DNA of 64,000 bases, from assembly GCF_006345805.1 (NCBI RefSeq), contig NC_042997.1, positions 113,956,001 through 114,020,000 of the forward strand, in the 5' to 3' direction. The notes beneath the pieces are model-generated. The model was given only the letters and a program-made list of their open reading frames with translations. It ran no database searches and had not been told where the DNA came from. This stretch comes from Octopus sinensis. Lineage: Eukaryota. A program made the translations under genes and the position numbers. Of this stretch, positions 52,530-60,830 are shown one piece after another; within the stretch, counting starts at the first letter, position 1, and each line of letters begins with the position of its first letter.

Positions 52530-55476
52530 TGATGGACTCTCCCACCATTAGACGATGTATGAGGGTTTGACAATTTCTTACTGAACAACCACACAGATGA
52601 TTTGTTTATAGTGATCAAATGTTTGTGTACACATAAGCTCACTCCCTCCATCAAATCAACATTACCTGAACAGGTGCAACGAATGCCACATGTCAAATGA
52701 TGAAACGATTGCAGAGCAATGTGAAATGAAGTGCTTTGCTCAAGAACACAACCCAATGCCCGGTCTGGGAATCGAACCCACAATCTCGCAATATATATAT
52801 ATATATATATCATCATCATCATCATCATCGTTGTTTAATGTCCACTTTCCATGGATTGGACAGTTTGACTGAGGACTGGCAAGCCAGAAGGCTGCACCAG
52901 GATCCACTCTAATCTGACAGGGTTTCAACAGCTGGATGCCCTTCCTAATGCCAACCACTCTGAGAGTATATATATATACTAGCAGTATCGCCCGGCGTTG
53001 CTCGGGTTTGTAAGGGAAATAACTATATAAGCATTTTTAGAGAGTTATAGCCAAAAAATAGGAAAAAAATGCATTAAAAATGGAAAAAAAATTAAGGTAA
53101 ATTTCTTTTTAAATCGTTGACACAGCGTAGATATTTTTAGAGAGTTACTTCCCTTATATAATAGCAAAAAAAATGCATTAAAATGGAAAAATATGATGGT
53201 AAATTTTTTAAATCATAGACTCATCGTAGACGCGCGCTAATACCCAGAAGGGCTCGATATGAATCACGACTATAAGATACCCGGTTTTGGTTACACTGCA
53301 CCGCAAAATGTGGGAGTAGTTAGGAATCTAAATCGTAGGAGACAGACACACAACTTCACTCTTATATATAAAGATATAAGTCACGTAGTTATATACACAT
53401 ACTTTGTTATATACACATTCTTAAAAGAAAATGTTATTTTGAATACAACATTTATAAAGAATAAAATATTTTTTGGTTTTTCTTAACCCTTTCGCTACTA
53501 TATTTCTGACCAAATTACACCCCTTATGTGTTTCAATTAATTTCTAACGTAATCATAAATTTAGTCTGGTTTCATTAAACAACTATAACTTTTTTATTTA
53601 TCAATATATTAATCTGATTTTTGGAAGAAAATTTAATGAAATATTCTCAACCAATTCTACACTATAATTTTTGTCACAAAGTGACTCTAATTGCAGGTAG
53701 ATACAGGTAAATTCAACAATATATAAAATTATTAAAATTTTGTTCAAACATTGCTATAGAAAATGGGTTATTAGCTAATATTCAATTGGGTATACAACAA
53801 AATTTTACGATAGAATTTGTTATTCTGGGTAACTTTCTGATACCCATAATAATATTTATGGCAAAATAGGCCTTAATTTAATTTAAGGTTGTGGGAAATA
53901 ACAAACTATCCTTTCTTTCGCTTTGTTTACGTTTAGCGTAATAATTTCAAATAGGCTCATTCGAAAAAGTAAAAAGAAATAGTTTAAGGCTTTATACTCT
54001 TCTGGGAAAGTCTGTGGCTTGGTGCAGTTTCTTCAGAAAAATCACCGAAAGAAACAGTTTTTAAATTTTCACTCCATTCAGGTACCAATTCATTTTCTTA
54101 ATCGCTGTCGGATTCACTGTTTTCACTTTAATAGCTGCAAACTTGCAAAGACAAAGGAGGAGAAGGGTGATAGCGTCAGTGAAACAGTCGCTCCCTTTGT
54201 GTGTATGTGCGTTTGCGTGTGGTGTATCCCACATTAAGAAAAACATTTGACATATACACCAGAATGTGAGTTTTCTCTAAATTTTGCTTAATTGGGGTTG
54301 AAATTTTAAAAACCGGACCTGGCAAAACCCGATGCATTCTACTCTTAAAAATGCTAGGTAAATTGTAATTGAAGAAATCCTATATTGTAGATTTCTATAA
54401 CTGACAAAGGGAGGCAGATAAAATCTGCCTTTTATAATAAGAGATAATTGTGTGCGTGTGTGTGTGTTGTCCCCCTTGCCTTGACGTTGCATGATAGTTG
54501 GAAGTGAGTGTCACTGTCATGTAAGCAGTGTCTTTTGTTTTCAATATTCTGTCCAAACATGTCTCATCATGAGGTAACACACCCTCACTTGGCAACAGGT
54601 CAGGTATCCAGCCATTGAATAATCCAATAAAAATTCTGTCCAATGCATGTGAGCATAGAAAACTGGGCATTAAAATGATGATGATGATGATAACAACCAT
54701 CACAGCTGCCATGAACCACTCAATGCTCTGTTGGAAACCTGTTGTTCACCAGTTGCAATAGAAATAATAAATTTAAATCATATTGTTGCTATTATGTTCA
54801 ACTGTCGGATGTCCAAATTTGACCAAATGTGTTTTTTTTTTTCAATATTTAATTTTGCTTGCAATAGCCAATTCTTTTGGTCAAACTATCGTATCTCCAG
54901 CTGCTTTAGATATGAAAATTGTCAACGACTTAGCATTTTTCAAAAGTGTGGTAAGTCCCACATACAACAGTTTCTGACTGAAAATATCACACATGCATGG
55001 AGCTACAATTTTATGCACCCAACAGAGTATTATTGTGAAGCTGAAATTGTTGCTAATGTAAAAAGAAATGGAATGGTGAAACTATTTTTGCATTTTCTGA
55101 AAAAGCAACATTTTGGACTTACGACACTTTTGCATAATAGCAACGATATAGAGTTAGAGTAATCTCATGACTGGTGCTTTTGATAAAGACTTGGTGAAGA
55201 TGTCTAGGTAGAGTTTTAGGGGTTTCTGAGAGTTAAAACTTTTTTTTGTACATTGTTCATTCTTTAATTTTCTGTTGTTTCTAGGACACCGGGGATACTG
55301 TTGGCAGCGTTCTTAAAGGATTTTTCAATATACGTAAAAAGGACCCCATTGGTCGTTTACCAACATCTTCAACTTGTTTCAATCTTCTTAAACTGCCTAA
55401 CTACCAGAAGAAGAGCACTTTGAAGGAAAAATTACGATATGCCATTCATTCAAACACTGGCTTTGAGTTATCTTAG
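2144..55476 (+). CDS. UBE3B: HECT-type E3 ubiquitin ligase UBE3B ortholog; 29 coding exons in window, 5' incomplete
   Basis: Manually spliced exons all have AG/GT boundaries and consistent phases, summing to 3090 nt. Motifs match human UBE3B as recalled: [53 protein letters not shown] (catalytic Cys codon 55375-55377), C-terminus [12 protein letters not shown]. About 37 N-terminal aa are missing. Confidence 0.97.
2946..3016 (+). CDS. UBE3B: UBE3B window exon 2
   Basis: cag|...|gtgag; [23 protein letters not shown]; phases 2/1 fit neighbours. Confidence 0.85.
3628..3692 (+). CDS. UBE3B: UBE3B window exon 3
   Basis: [21 protein letters not shown]; AG/GT. Confidence 0.9.
4503..4560. repeat. 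(TAT)n microsatellite (others 4057-4080, 4748-4793, 5030-5078)
   Basis: Direct reading. Confidence 0.95.
5714..5770 (+). CDS. UBE3B: UBE3B window exon 4
   Basis: [19 protein letters not shown]; cag|...|gtaag. Confidence 0.88.
7008..7112 (+). CDS. UBE3B: UBE3B window exon 5
   Basis: [35 protein letters not shown]; AG/GT. Confidence 0.93.
7723..7822 (+). CDS. UBE3B: UBE3B window exon 6
   Basis: [33 protein letters not shown]; AG/GT. Confidence 0.92.
9556..10619. mobile_element. piggyBac-like MITE hosting a foldback MITE (9693-10489) and the RTE fragment
   Basis: TTAA-CCCTTTT left end, AAAAGGG-TTAG right end; internal inverted arms 9693-9759 versus 9802-9832 plus 10454-10489. Confidence 0.7.
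9833..10445 (-). mobile_element. RTE-clade LINE 3' fragment
   Basis: ORF 10105-10413 ([14 protein letters not shown]...[11 protein letters not shown]...GGQRKTW) is typical of an RTE ORF C-terminus; AAG-type tail at 9833-9850; flanked by ttctcctg at 9825-9832 and 10446-10453 (candidate TSD). Confidence 0.85.
10968..11053 (+). CDS. UBE3B: UBE3B window exon 7
   Basis: [28 protein letters not shown]; AG/GT. Confidence 0.94.
11588..12125 (+). mobile_element. Abundant SINE family 1, (GAT)n tail, internal tandem modules (representative; more than 20 full or partial copies in window)
   Basis: Core gagtggttggcgttaggaagggcatccagctgtagaaac...aacccatgctagcatggaaaacggacgttaaacgatgatg recurs at about 300-600, 4085-4285, 4560-4745, 6440-6880, 14360-15080, 33920-34215, 38225-38585, 46030-46425, 59740-60000 (+) and about 1550-1760, 25840-26050, 48670-48970, 50445-50810, 52815-52967 (-). 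Confidence 0.9.
12181..12263 (+). CDS. UBE3B: UBE3B window exon 8
   Basis: [27 protein letters not shown](R); AG/GT. Confidence 0.95.
13980..14085 (+). CDS. UBE3B: UBE3B window exon 9
   Basis: [35 protein letters not shown]; AG/GT. Confidence 0.95.
15230..15350 (+). CDS. UBE3B: UBE3B window exon 10
   Basis: [40 protein letters not shown]; AG/GT. Confidence 0.94.
16168..16434. mobile_element. Near-perfect foldback MITE
   Basis: Arms 16168-16287 and 16315-16434 (120 bp, 4 mismatches by eye), 27-bp spacer, AT-rich ends. Confidence 0.85.
17452..17486 (+). CDS. UBE3B: UBE3B window exon 11 (35 nt)
   Basis: (A)[11 protein letters not shown], cf. human GNLLHLG; tag|...|gtgag. Confidence 0.9.
17909..18136. 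mobile_element. piggyBac-like MITE (shorter deleted copy at 17753-17885)
   Basis: TTAA-CCCTTTCG ... CGAAAGGG-TTAA. Confidence 0.85.
18796..18825 (+). CDS. UBE3B: UBE3B window exon 12 (30 nt)
   Basis: [10 protein letters not shown]; cccag|...|gtaag; fills the gap corresponding to human VLEEETDGFV. Confidence 0.82.
19769..20317. repeat. Unclassified interspersed repeat (truncated copy 4794-5030)
   Basis: gagtgagagag...ccatcaaagtgacactgggg...gataagggtacaccaggc shared between the two loci, both preceded by (TAT)n. Confidence 0.75.
20322..20404. repeat. (CAT/CAC)n microsatellite
   Basis: Direct reading; source of the poly-His ORF. Confidence 0.95.
20404..20576 (-). mobile_element. R4/Dong-like (RLE) non-LTR 3' fragment
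   Basis: Homologous to 44903-45085. Confidence 0.55.
20854..20966 (+). CDS. UBE3B: UBE3B window exon 13
   Basis: [37 protein letters not shown]; AG/GT. Confidence 0.96.
21081..21523 (+). mobile_element. Second copy of the tRNA-headed, hammerhead-module element; 13-bp TSD
   Basis: TSD atctagcaatcaa at 21081-21093 and 21511-21523; inverted module 21094-21196; A box 21269-21279; B-box-like 21314-21323; forward module about 21370-21508. Confidence 0.85.
21662..22080. mobile_element. Long-TIR MITE, family copy 1
   Basis: Ends aagattatttgc...taacatggcagtcctggtttagg / cctaaaccagcagtgccatgtta...gcaaataatctt; homologous to 23042-23445. Confidence 0.85.
23042..23445. mobile_element. Long-TIR MITE, family copy 2
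   Basis: Arms 23042-23219 and 23272-23445 are inverted; 52-bp spacer. Confidence 0.88.
23516..23919. mobile_element. Long-TIR MITE, family copy 3 (part of a tandem duplicate)
   Basis: Identical to 23042-23445 at offset 474. Confidence 0.88.
24007..24161 (+). CDS. UBE3B: UBE3B window exon 14
   Basis: [25 protein letters not shown]...SSPTK; AG/GT. Confidence 0.95.
26695..26956 (-). mobile_element. CR1-type LINE 3' end (related pieces 17559-17752, 52077-52268, about 3890-4050, about 18170-18300)
   Basis: Reverse translation [14 protein letters not shown]; shared 3' UTR gtgcacctgagcactgtacacaat with TAT tail. Confidence 0.7.
28633..29039 (+). mobile_element. tRNA-headed SINE-like element with hammerhead-like module present twice in inverted orientation; 12-bp TSD
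   Basis: TSD aaaacatttact at 28633-28644 and 29028-29039; inverted module 28645-28785; A box TGGTGTAGTGG 28791-28801; B box GTTCGATTCC 28836-28845; (AAT)n linker; forward module about 28890-29027. Confidence 0.85.
28741..28785 (-). ncRNA. Hammerhead-ribozyme-like motif (minimal type I); core intact, stem I truncated
   Basis: Minus strand reads CTGATGA-A-GGCTG-gagggtatat-CAGCC-GAAAC-ATT-ATGTT; perfect 5-bp stem II. Confidence 0.65.
29140..29372 (-). mobile_element. RTE-clade LINE 3' fragment (decayed)
   Basis: Reverse translation [23 protein letters not shown] resembles the RTE C-terminal P.G.RPRGRP...W.D motif. Confidence 0.7.
29470..29625 (+). CDS. UBE3B: UBE3B window exon 15
   Basis: [12 protein letters not shown]...[20 protein letters not shown]; AG/GT. 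Confidence 0.94.
29897..32915 (-). mobile_element. CR1-clade LINE: whole ORF2 extent (APE endonuclease + RT), frameshifted, with (AAATG)n 3' tail
   Basis: Endonuclease motifs [48 protein letters not shown] motifs [36 protein letters not shown] (30885-30896). C-terminal DEPHLPGY...SNSL. Broken across ORFs 32612-32863, 32082-32645, 31576-32256, 31197-31466, 30375-30875, 29937-30350. Tail reads (ATTTC)n on + at 29897-29920. Confidence 0.93.
34370..34544 (+). CDS. UBE3B: UBE3B window exon 16
   Basis: [29 protein letters not shown]...AGHLI; AG/GT. Confidence 0.95.
35138..35256 (+). CDS. UBE3B: UBE3B window exon 17
   Basis: [11 protein letters not shown]...[15 protein letters not shown]; AG/GT. 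Confidence 0.96.
35438..35552 (+). CDS. UBE3B: UBE3B window exon 18
   Basis: [37 protein letters not shown]; AG/GT. Confidence 0.96.
35592..35835 (+). mobile_element. tRNA-derived SINE family 4 (representative)
   Basis: A/B-box-like head then tgtgttcttgagcaaaacacttcatttc...gatggactggcgtcccgtccag; copies about 22650-22895, 24990-25285, 50250-50400. Confidence 0.8.
38083..38182 (+). CDS. UBE3B: UBE3B window exon 19
   Basis: [33 protein letters not shown]; AG/GT. Confidence 0.95.
39114..39233 (+). CDS. UBE3B: UBE3B window exon 20
   Basis: [13 protein letters not shown]...[11 protein letters not shown]; AG/GT. Confidence 0.96.
39869..39946 (+). CDS. UBE3B: UBE3B window exon 21 (HECT start)
   Basis: [26 protein letters not shown]; AG/GT. 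Confidence 0.97.
41330..41428 (+). CDS. UBE3B: UBE3B window exon 22
   Basis: [33 protein letters not shown]; AG/GT. Confidence 0.97.
41592..41810. mobile_element. piggyBac-like MITE, second family (reverse copy about 3300-3520)
   Basis: aaccctttagcatt ... aatgctaaggggttta ends. Confidence 0.7.
42406..42513 (+). CDS. UBE3B: UBE3B window exon 23
   Basis: [36 protein letters not shown]; AG/GT. Confidence 0.97.
43383..43520 (+). CDS. UBE3B: UBE3B window exon 24
   Basis: [18 protein letters not shown]...[20 protein letters not shown]; AG/GT. Confidence 0.97.
44903..45085 (-). mobile_element. R4/Dong-like (RLE) non-LTR 3' fragment
   Basis: Reverse translation [25 protein letters not shown] matches the recalled R4-clade C-terminal LQK..LLGTA.I.RKVL motif. 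Confidence 0.6.
45611..45735 (+). CDS. UBE3B: UBE3B window exon 25
   Basis: [41 protein letters not shown]; AG/GT. Confidence 0.97.
46544..46726 (+). CDS. UBE3B: UBE3B window exon 26
   Basis: [13 protein letters not shown]...[22 protein letters not shown]; AG/GT. Confidence 0.97.
47081..47433. mobile_element. Asymmetric foldback element (about 128-bp inverted arms) with 13-bp TSD, Penelope-like architecture
   Basis: TSD tgagtttataact at 47081-47093 and 47421-47433; arms 47154-47281 and 47295-47422; left arm extends a further 60 bp. Confidence 0.85.
47291..47341 (+). ncRNA. Candidate minimal hammerhead ribozyme with G3-C8 core variant
   Basis: TTTGTCG / GTGAACA / G / GTCGT-ggtctcaaa-GCGAC / GAAA-A-TA-TT-T / TGACAAA: 7-bp stem I, 5-bp stem II, palindromic stem III, UUU triplet. 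Confidence 0.6.
48080..48285 (+). mobile_element. tRNA-derived SINE family 3 with (TTA/AAT)n tails (representative)
   Basis: gagctggcagaatcattagcacgccgggc...ttctgagttcaaattc...gactttgcctttcatcctttcggggt; copies about 4300-4500, 5080-5290, 8400-8830, 19570-19745, 22300-22500, 48300-48490, 49150-49360. Confidence 0.85.
49468..49579 (+). CDS. UBE3B: UBE3B window exon 27
   Basis: [37 protein letters not shown]; AG/GT. Confidence 0.97.
49744..49941. mobile_element. Tc1/pogo (Tigger-like) MITE; second copy 11374-about 11587 with right end disrupted
   Basis: TA-CAGTAATCCCT ... AGGGATTGCTG-TA. Confidence 0.8.
51626..51718 (+). CDS. UBE3B: UBE3B window exon 28
   Basis: [31 protein letters not shown]; AG/GT. 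Confidence 0.97.
51856..52076. mobile_element. piggyBac-like MITE, same family as 17909-18136, opposite orientation
   Basis: Reverse complement of the 17.9-kb copy; ends GAAAGGG-TTAA. Confidence 0.8.
52979..53374 (-). mobile_element. Non-autonomous Helitron
   Basis: Minus strand starts A|TCTTTATATATAAG and ends with hairpin CCCG-AGCAACGC-CGGG, then CTAG|T; A/T target, no TSD. Confidence 0.85.
54000..54444 (-). mobile_element. Helitron-like 5' fragment
   Basis: Minus strand starts A|TCTCTTATTATAAAA with subterminal hairpin GGCAGA-tttta-TCTGCC; no 3' CTAG end found; left boundary approximate. Confidence 0.5.
54780..55149. mobile_element. MITE with 17-bp TIRs
   Basis: atattgttgctattatg / cataatagcaacgatat (1 mismatch). 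Confidence 0.65.
55285..55476 (+). CDS. UBE3B: UBE3B last coding exon (catalytic Cys, stop TAG)
   Basis: [63 protein letters not shown]. Confidence 0.98.
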   Translation, partial: DTGDTVGSVLKGFFNIRKKDPIGRLPTSSTCFNLLKLPNYQKKSTLKEKLRYAIHSNTGFELS

Positions 55477-55697
55477 CTTTTGTGTGTCACGAATGCACAA
55501 AATGTCGTTTCAGTTGACCATCTGACAGAATACAGCATGGATGTGGAAAATAGATCTACATTTGTTCATGTGAGTAAGAAAAATGAGAATATATTTACAA
55601 AGCTAAAGAAAAAAACACACAAAAAAAGAAATACATTCCTAAAGCTTTACTTTAAAAAAAAAATGAAAAACATTTTGTGAACTTTTCAGACATTTCA

Positions 55698-55703
55698 AAT
55701 AAA
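55698..55703 (+). promoter_or_regulatory. Candidate polyadenylation signal of UBE3B
   Basis: AATAAA about 220 nt after the stop; further AATAAA copies near 55992-56010; actual site unknown. Confidence 0.35.
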
Positions 55704-57568
55704 AGCAATAATTTTTTTATTCAATATGGAAGTAATTAGCAATGTTGGTGAGAGTGATTGGCACTGTAGATTCTTATATTCTGTTTACCCTCTGTTGTTC
55801 TGATATTATTAATTCTTTCCATCTTAAAGAACATAAAAAGAAACCACATGAGGAGTGAAACCAGCCCTAAATACATATCACATACAAATTTATTTTTCTA
55901 CTCAAAATTTAAAATGCTTAATTTTTTTTTCTTTTGGTTATTTCCATTACATTTGTTCATAAATTTGCCTGAATCAACAACACTAAAATTCAAATAAATA
56001 AATAAATAAAATATATCAGGTAACATTATTAAAAAAAACCCATTGGAGAGAAATAAATTTGTATATGATGTGTATCTAAGACTTCATCAGATTCATGTGC
56101 TGTGAATATTTTGGTACTTAATGTTGAAACAACCATTGCTGTATGATGTAAGCAGAAATATTTGAAGTGGTCAAACTTCAAAGTATGTCTTTTATTGATT
56201 TGCTTTGAACCGAATCTTAGTGTAAGGAATCACAACTGTACATAAAACAAATCTGAATATTACCTGACTGAGATTAAGAGGATTAGCAAAGACATTTTGT
56301 CACTACATGACAGAGCTCAAAATAGTAGGAAATGTACCAAAGAGATACATTTTCTTGATGTTTTCTTAAACTGAAATGGTTGTAGATTAGCCAGGTAAGT
56401 ACTTGGTGTGTCATCTTTGTGTAGACTGTCATTGTGTTAAACAAAAGAAAATGGAAAAATAAATACAATTATAAAAACTATTTTACGTATTGTCTATGTG
56501 TGTGTATATCCCCTACTGCAAGAAACCTGCTCTCTTCTAGACCCGTCTATCTGACTTTAATTCCTCAAACCATGGCTTAAAACTTCTTCCCTCTCTACTG
56601 TAGCTCTACTCAATTGAAGAGGATTTTAATGATGTGAGCTGCATGGAAACCTCACTAGTGCTGGTGCCATGAAAATAAAGTACCCAGTTATACATTGTAA
56701 ATTGGTTGGCATTATGAAGGACATTCTGTCATAAAAAAACTATGCCAAAGCAGACATTGGAGCATGATGTCCTCAGGCCTGTTGGATCCTGTCAAATTAT
56801 CCAATCCAATTCAGTAAGGAACATGGTTGCTAAACAGTGGTGAAGATGATGATGATGATGTGTATAAAACAGAATATTCTAGAGCATGCAAAGGAGGAGA
56901 GAGAGAGAAAGAAGGTAGCATTTATATGGGCATGTGATGTGCCTGAAGGATGAGTGAGGAAGCATGAAACAGGAAAAAATGGTAAAGATTAAAATATGAA
57001 AGAAAGTGTCAGAACAAGTGTTTTTGTTGGAGAGAATATGCATGTCTTCTTACATTATGCAAATGGAGCTAGAAAGAGAAATAAAGATGGTGGTAACATG
57101 GTGTCAGCATGAGCCATGTGGGCGGAAGAGGAGAGGTGGGAAATGATTGTAAGAGTGAGGAAAAGTTAGAGGTGAAGTAGGGCGAATATACTGAATGATG
57201 AAGAATGGTTCAGAGGGTAACTATGATGAGTTGGAGGGAAGATAAGGGAGAGTAAGGTGATGACTGTAGAGATTGAGGGTGAATGGGAAAAAAGGGTGGA
57301 GGGGTGATGGGTGATATGTATGAGTTGGAAGGTTGGGAAGAATAGGAACTGACTGGCCATACAAAAGAGGTGAAGAGCAGCAGAATAAGTAATAATACAG
57401 CAGATAAAAGAAAGATTAGAAGGGAGGTAACATGTGGGTGGTTGCAAGAGTGTGAAGAATGCTCAAATGCTTTTCATGTGCCAGTAAGGCGATGCTGACA
57501 ACGATCATGCTCAGATGTGCTTTTAACGTTCCACTGGCATGAGTGCCAATCAGGTGGTACTGTGTATC

Positions 57569-57575
<7 letters not shown>

Positions 57576-57632
<57 letters not shown>
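57576..57632. repeat. (TA)n microsatellite (representative; others about 12520-12610, 16520-16580, 25800-25840, 39480-39520, 40587-40631, 52460-52525, 62688-62742)
   Basis: Direct reading. Confidence 0.95.
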
Positions 57633-57633
<1 letters not shown>

Positions 57634-58189
57634 TATACATCCTCCTCTACTGCTAAAGCTACTTTCAAGGCTGTTTGATTCAAAATTCATATTTAAATTA
57701 TAAGAATGTTATCATTGGTTTATAGTAATTCTCAATGGCAATTATTCTTAAACTCCGTTTTTAAGGCCTAAAGGACTATAATAAATAAGAGGGGACTGGG
57801 AACTGAACCCTAGTGAATTCCTACTTACACATTAAATTCATCACTATACACTGTTAATTATCATGCTACTGACAATACCCCTGTACATGCTTTGTGTGGA
57901 TCTCACAAGTTATTCATCTACCCCTATCTTTATCTGTAGACACCAGATCAGAAAGTGAAGGGCCCTGTCCAAGGCTTTACCTTGGCCAATGCATGTTCAG
58001 TGGCTTACTTGTAGCTAAATACTTCTTCTGCAGTCGTCTTATTAGGAAGAGAGCATCTGAGTATTTTCCTCTGGCACAAATCCAAATTGTAATTATGTAA
58101 TTTAATTTTTTCTCTAATTAATCAACTTCTAACTGTTTTCATAACTTTCATGATGCTGCAATTTGATACCTCTGTAATTTCTTCTTTGT

Positions 58190-58660
58190 CCTTTTAACAG
58201 TTGAGTATGATATCTTTGGATATGACATCCTGATTAACCATGAAGGTAACTAAGCCATGTCCTTCACCCCTAATTCTGTTAAGCATTTCAGCATGAATTC
58301 CTGATGGTCCAGGGACTCTTCCTGCTTTTGTCACATCTTTAATTGCTTTATGTAATATACTGCTGTCAGCTAGAATGGTTAAAACTCTTTGATTGGTCCA
58401 CACTGGGAAGACCTTTCTCTCATGCCTTTTCAGAATTGCTAAATGCAAGTGTCAATCTGTACACACTTTTTTTCCTAAAGCATCTCAATTCTGTCTGATA
58501 CACCCTCTTGCAACCTGGAATGTCTCGTGCCATAGAATATTGGCAAACCTCTTAGTTTCTGCTTCTCCCCTTGCTAAATAAACCTGTTGCCTAGCTTCTT
58601 TTCTAGTTACCTGGTATGATTCTCCAGTACCCCTCTTCTTCCAACCTGTCTCTTTGCTTT
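58190..58660 (-). mobile_element. RTE-type LINE internal fragment (pre-RT linker)
   Basis: KAIKDVTKAGRVPGPSGIHAEML and RKEARQQVYLARGEAE resemble RTE linker/RT-start motifs; contains stops and frameshifts. Confidence 0.7.
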
Positions 58661-59100
58661 TATGATGAAGGGTTAAATAGAATCCAGTAATAAATAATGT
58701 ACTTATTGAAGGTTAATAATGTAGTCCTACAATCAAAGTCAGAGCTTCAAGATGGACTTCACCTCTTAAAGCTGTATAGCTTCTGCTAGCCTACACATAC
58801 ATATGCAGGCTTGAGTAAGATTTTTGTAGAAGATTGTCAACTGCCTATATGTGCAGTCTCCACTCTCGATGTGACCAATATTGTTCAAAGGAAAAGCTGA
58901 TACCACTCAACACTAGCATCTTTACAGGCGATGCTGTCAGAATCAAAAAGACGAGGACAATACCACAAGGCATCTTGCTTGACACTCTTCTGTTCTGAAA
59001 AACCATCATCCTGGATTAGCTCTTTTTTGTTTTTTTAAATCAACCCTGAAAGTATGAAGTATCAGGTTGACCCTGGAGGAGTCAGTTAAAGTTGAGACAG

Positions 59101-59618
59101 TGTCACGTGACAAGTTGCTGGAGCCTAGCGGCAGGTATTTAAAGGGAAAAAATTTGACAAGTCAGTCAGTCACCGGCTGACACTCGCTGACGATACATCG
59201 AAGAGGCCAAGAAACAGAAGAAAGAAGACATGCACCCAACACCAGAGCTGAAGACACCTCCGAAAGGGAGGGCTCCGCCACGTCAAAACGGTAGAGTAGG
59301 GGCCGAAACCGGACGTGGTTCCTCCTGATGATGTCTTGAGCTAACTGGATCCTATAAAGGAGCTGTTGTGGTAGCAGACCACGAAACACGGTTGTAATTC
59401 TTGGATGCAGAGCACAGAATCAGAACAAATATGCAGGATATTCCATCCTATGTTCTAATAACCTTTCTATTCTGCTGCCTTTTAGAAGCCTTATTCAACT
59501 GAATAAACAAGTTTCTACATTGAATTGTTGCTAGCCCTGTTAAATATTATGGTCATATGACCGTCAGATTGAGTCACATGACTGTGTCCTTAGTGGAGAT
59601 TTAGGCATAAGCTTAACA
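59101..59618 (+). mobile_element. Possible solo LTR or LTR-like repeat
   Basis: TGT...ACA ends, TATA-like tatttaaa near 59137, AATAAA 59502-59507, higher GC than flanks; no TSD found. Confidence 0.4.
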
Positions 59619-60439
59619 GCTTCAGTTCTGAACCTCAAAAAAAAACTTAAAAAGCTTGTTTTCAGGTTTTGTAAGTTGAAAGTTTCTAGGTGACTTTACT
59701 TGGGCTGGTGTCACAGGAAAAACACCCGGTATCAGCAATAAAGTAGTTTGTGTTAAGAAGGTGGCACGTAAAAAGCACTATCTGAACGTGTTCAATGCCA
59801 GGCCCGCCTGACTGGCTCCTGTGTGGGTGGCACATAAAAAAAGCACCCACTACACTCTCGGAGTGGTTGGTGTTAGGAAGGACATCCAGCTGTAGATCAG
59901 ATTGGAGCCTGGTGCAGCTGCTGGCTCTCCAGACATCTGTCAAACCATCTGACCCATGCGAGCATGGAAAACGGATGTTCAACGCTGATGATAAAGGCTA
60001 TCCAGCCATAGAAACTATACCAAAACTGACATTGGAGCCCAGTACAGTCCTGCAGCACGTTGGACCGTGTCCAACTGTCTGACCCATGCTAGCTTGGAAA
60101 AAAAAGATGTTAAACAATTATGATGGGCCTAATCGTATCCAAATCCATCACTGTCAGCATTAAGATTACAAGTATATCTTAGCACAATTACCTCACCTGT
60201 GCAGAATTAACTTCTCACGACTCAGTCGTGCCTATTCTTACACATCCAACACACATTCCTCAACAATTCCCTGAATTCACTTCCCTGTATCGCTACACTT
60301 TATTTTAACATAGAGATACCATTTCTCTAAACGTTCCTTCTTCTATCAGACATTGGCTAACAATCACAAGACTAGTTCTGTTCAGCTGCACTGACACTCG
60401 GACTTTGAATCACTATGACAACAATGTCATATTATTTTT

Positions 60440-60597
60440 GTTAGGCACAAGAGTGGGAGGGGTAAGGAGCTTGCTTCCCAACCACATGGTTCTGGGTTCA
60501 GTCCCATTGCGTGGCACCTTGGGCAAGTGTCTTCTACTATAGCCTTGTGAGTGGATTTGGTAGACGGAAACTGAAAGAAGCCCGTCGTGTGTGTGTA

Positions 60598-60648
<51 letters not shown>

Positions 60649-60830
60649 GTGTGCCTGCGTTTGTCCCCCCGCCACATCGCTTGACAACCGATGTTAGTGT
60701 GTTTATGTCTCTAACAAAAGAGACCGATAGAATAAGTACTAGGCTTACAAAGAATAACTCCTGGGGTCAATTTGTTCGACTAGAGGTGGCGCTCCAGCAT
60801 TGCCGCAGTCAAAGAAAAATGAAGAATGTA
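60440..60830 (+). mobile_element. tRNA-derived SINE family 2 with internal (TA/TG)n (representative)
   Basis: gggttcagtcccattgcgtggcaccttgggcaagtgtcttctactatagc...aagtactaggcttacaaagaat; other copies about 12295-12690, 15515-15905 (-), 61150-61440 (+). Confidence 0.85.

Noticed and set aside
56880-57460. Purine-rich strand-biased tract as a triplex or regulatory element (mirror tracts about 5800-6200, 24300-24800)
   Set aside because: No periodicity or motif that I can define; more likely old LINE-derived sequence.
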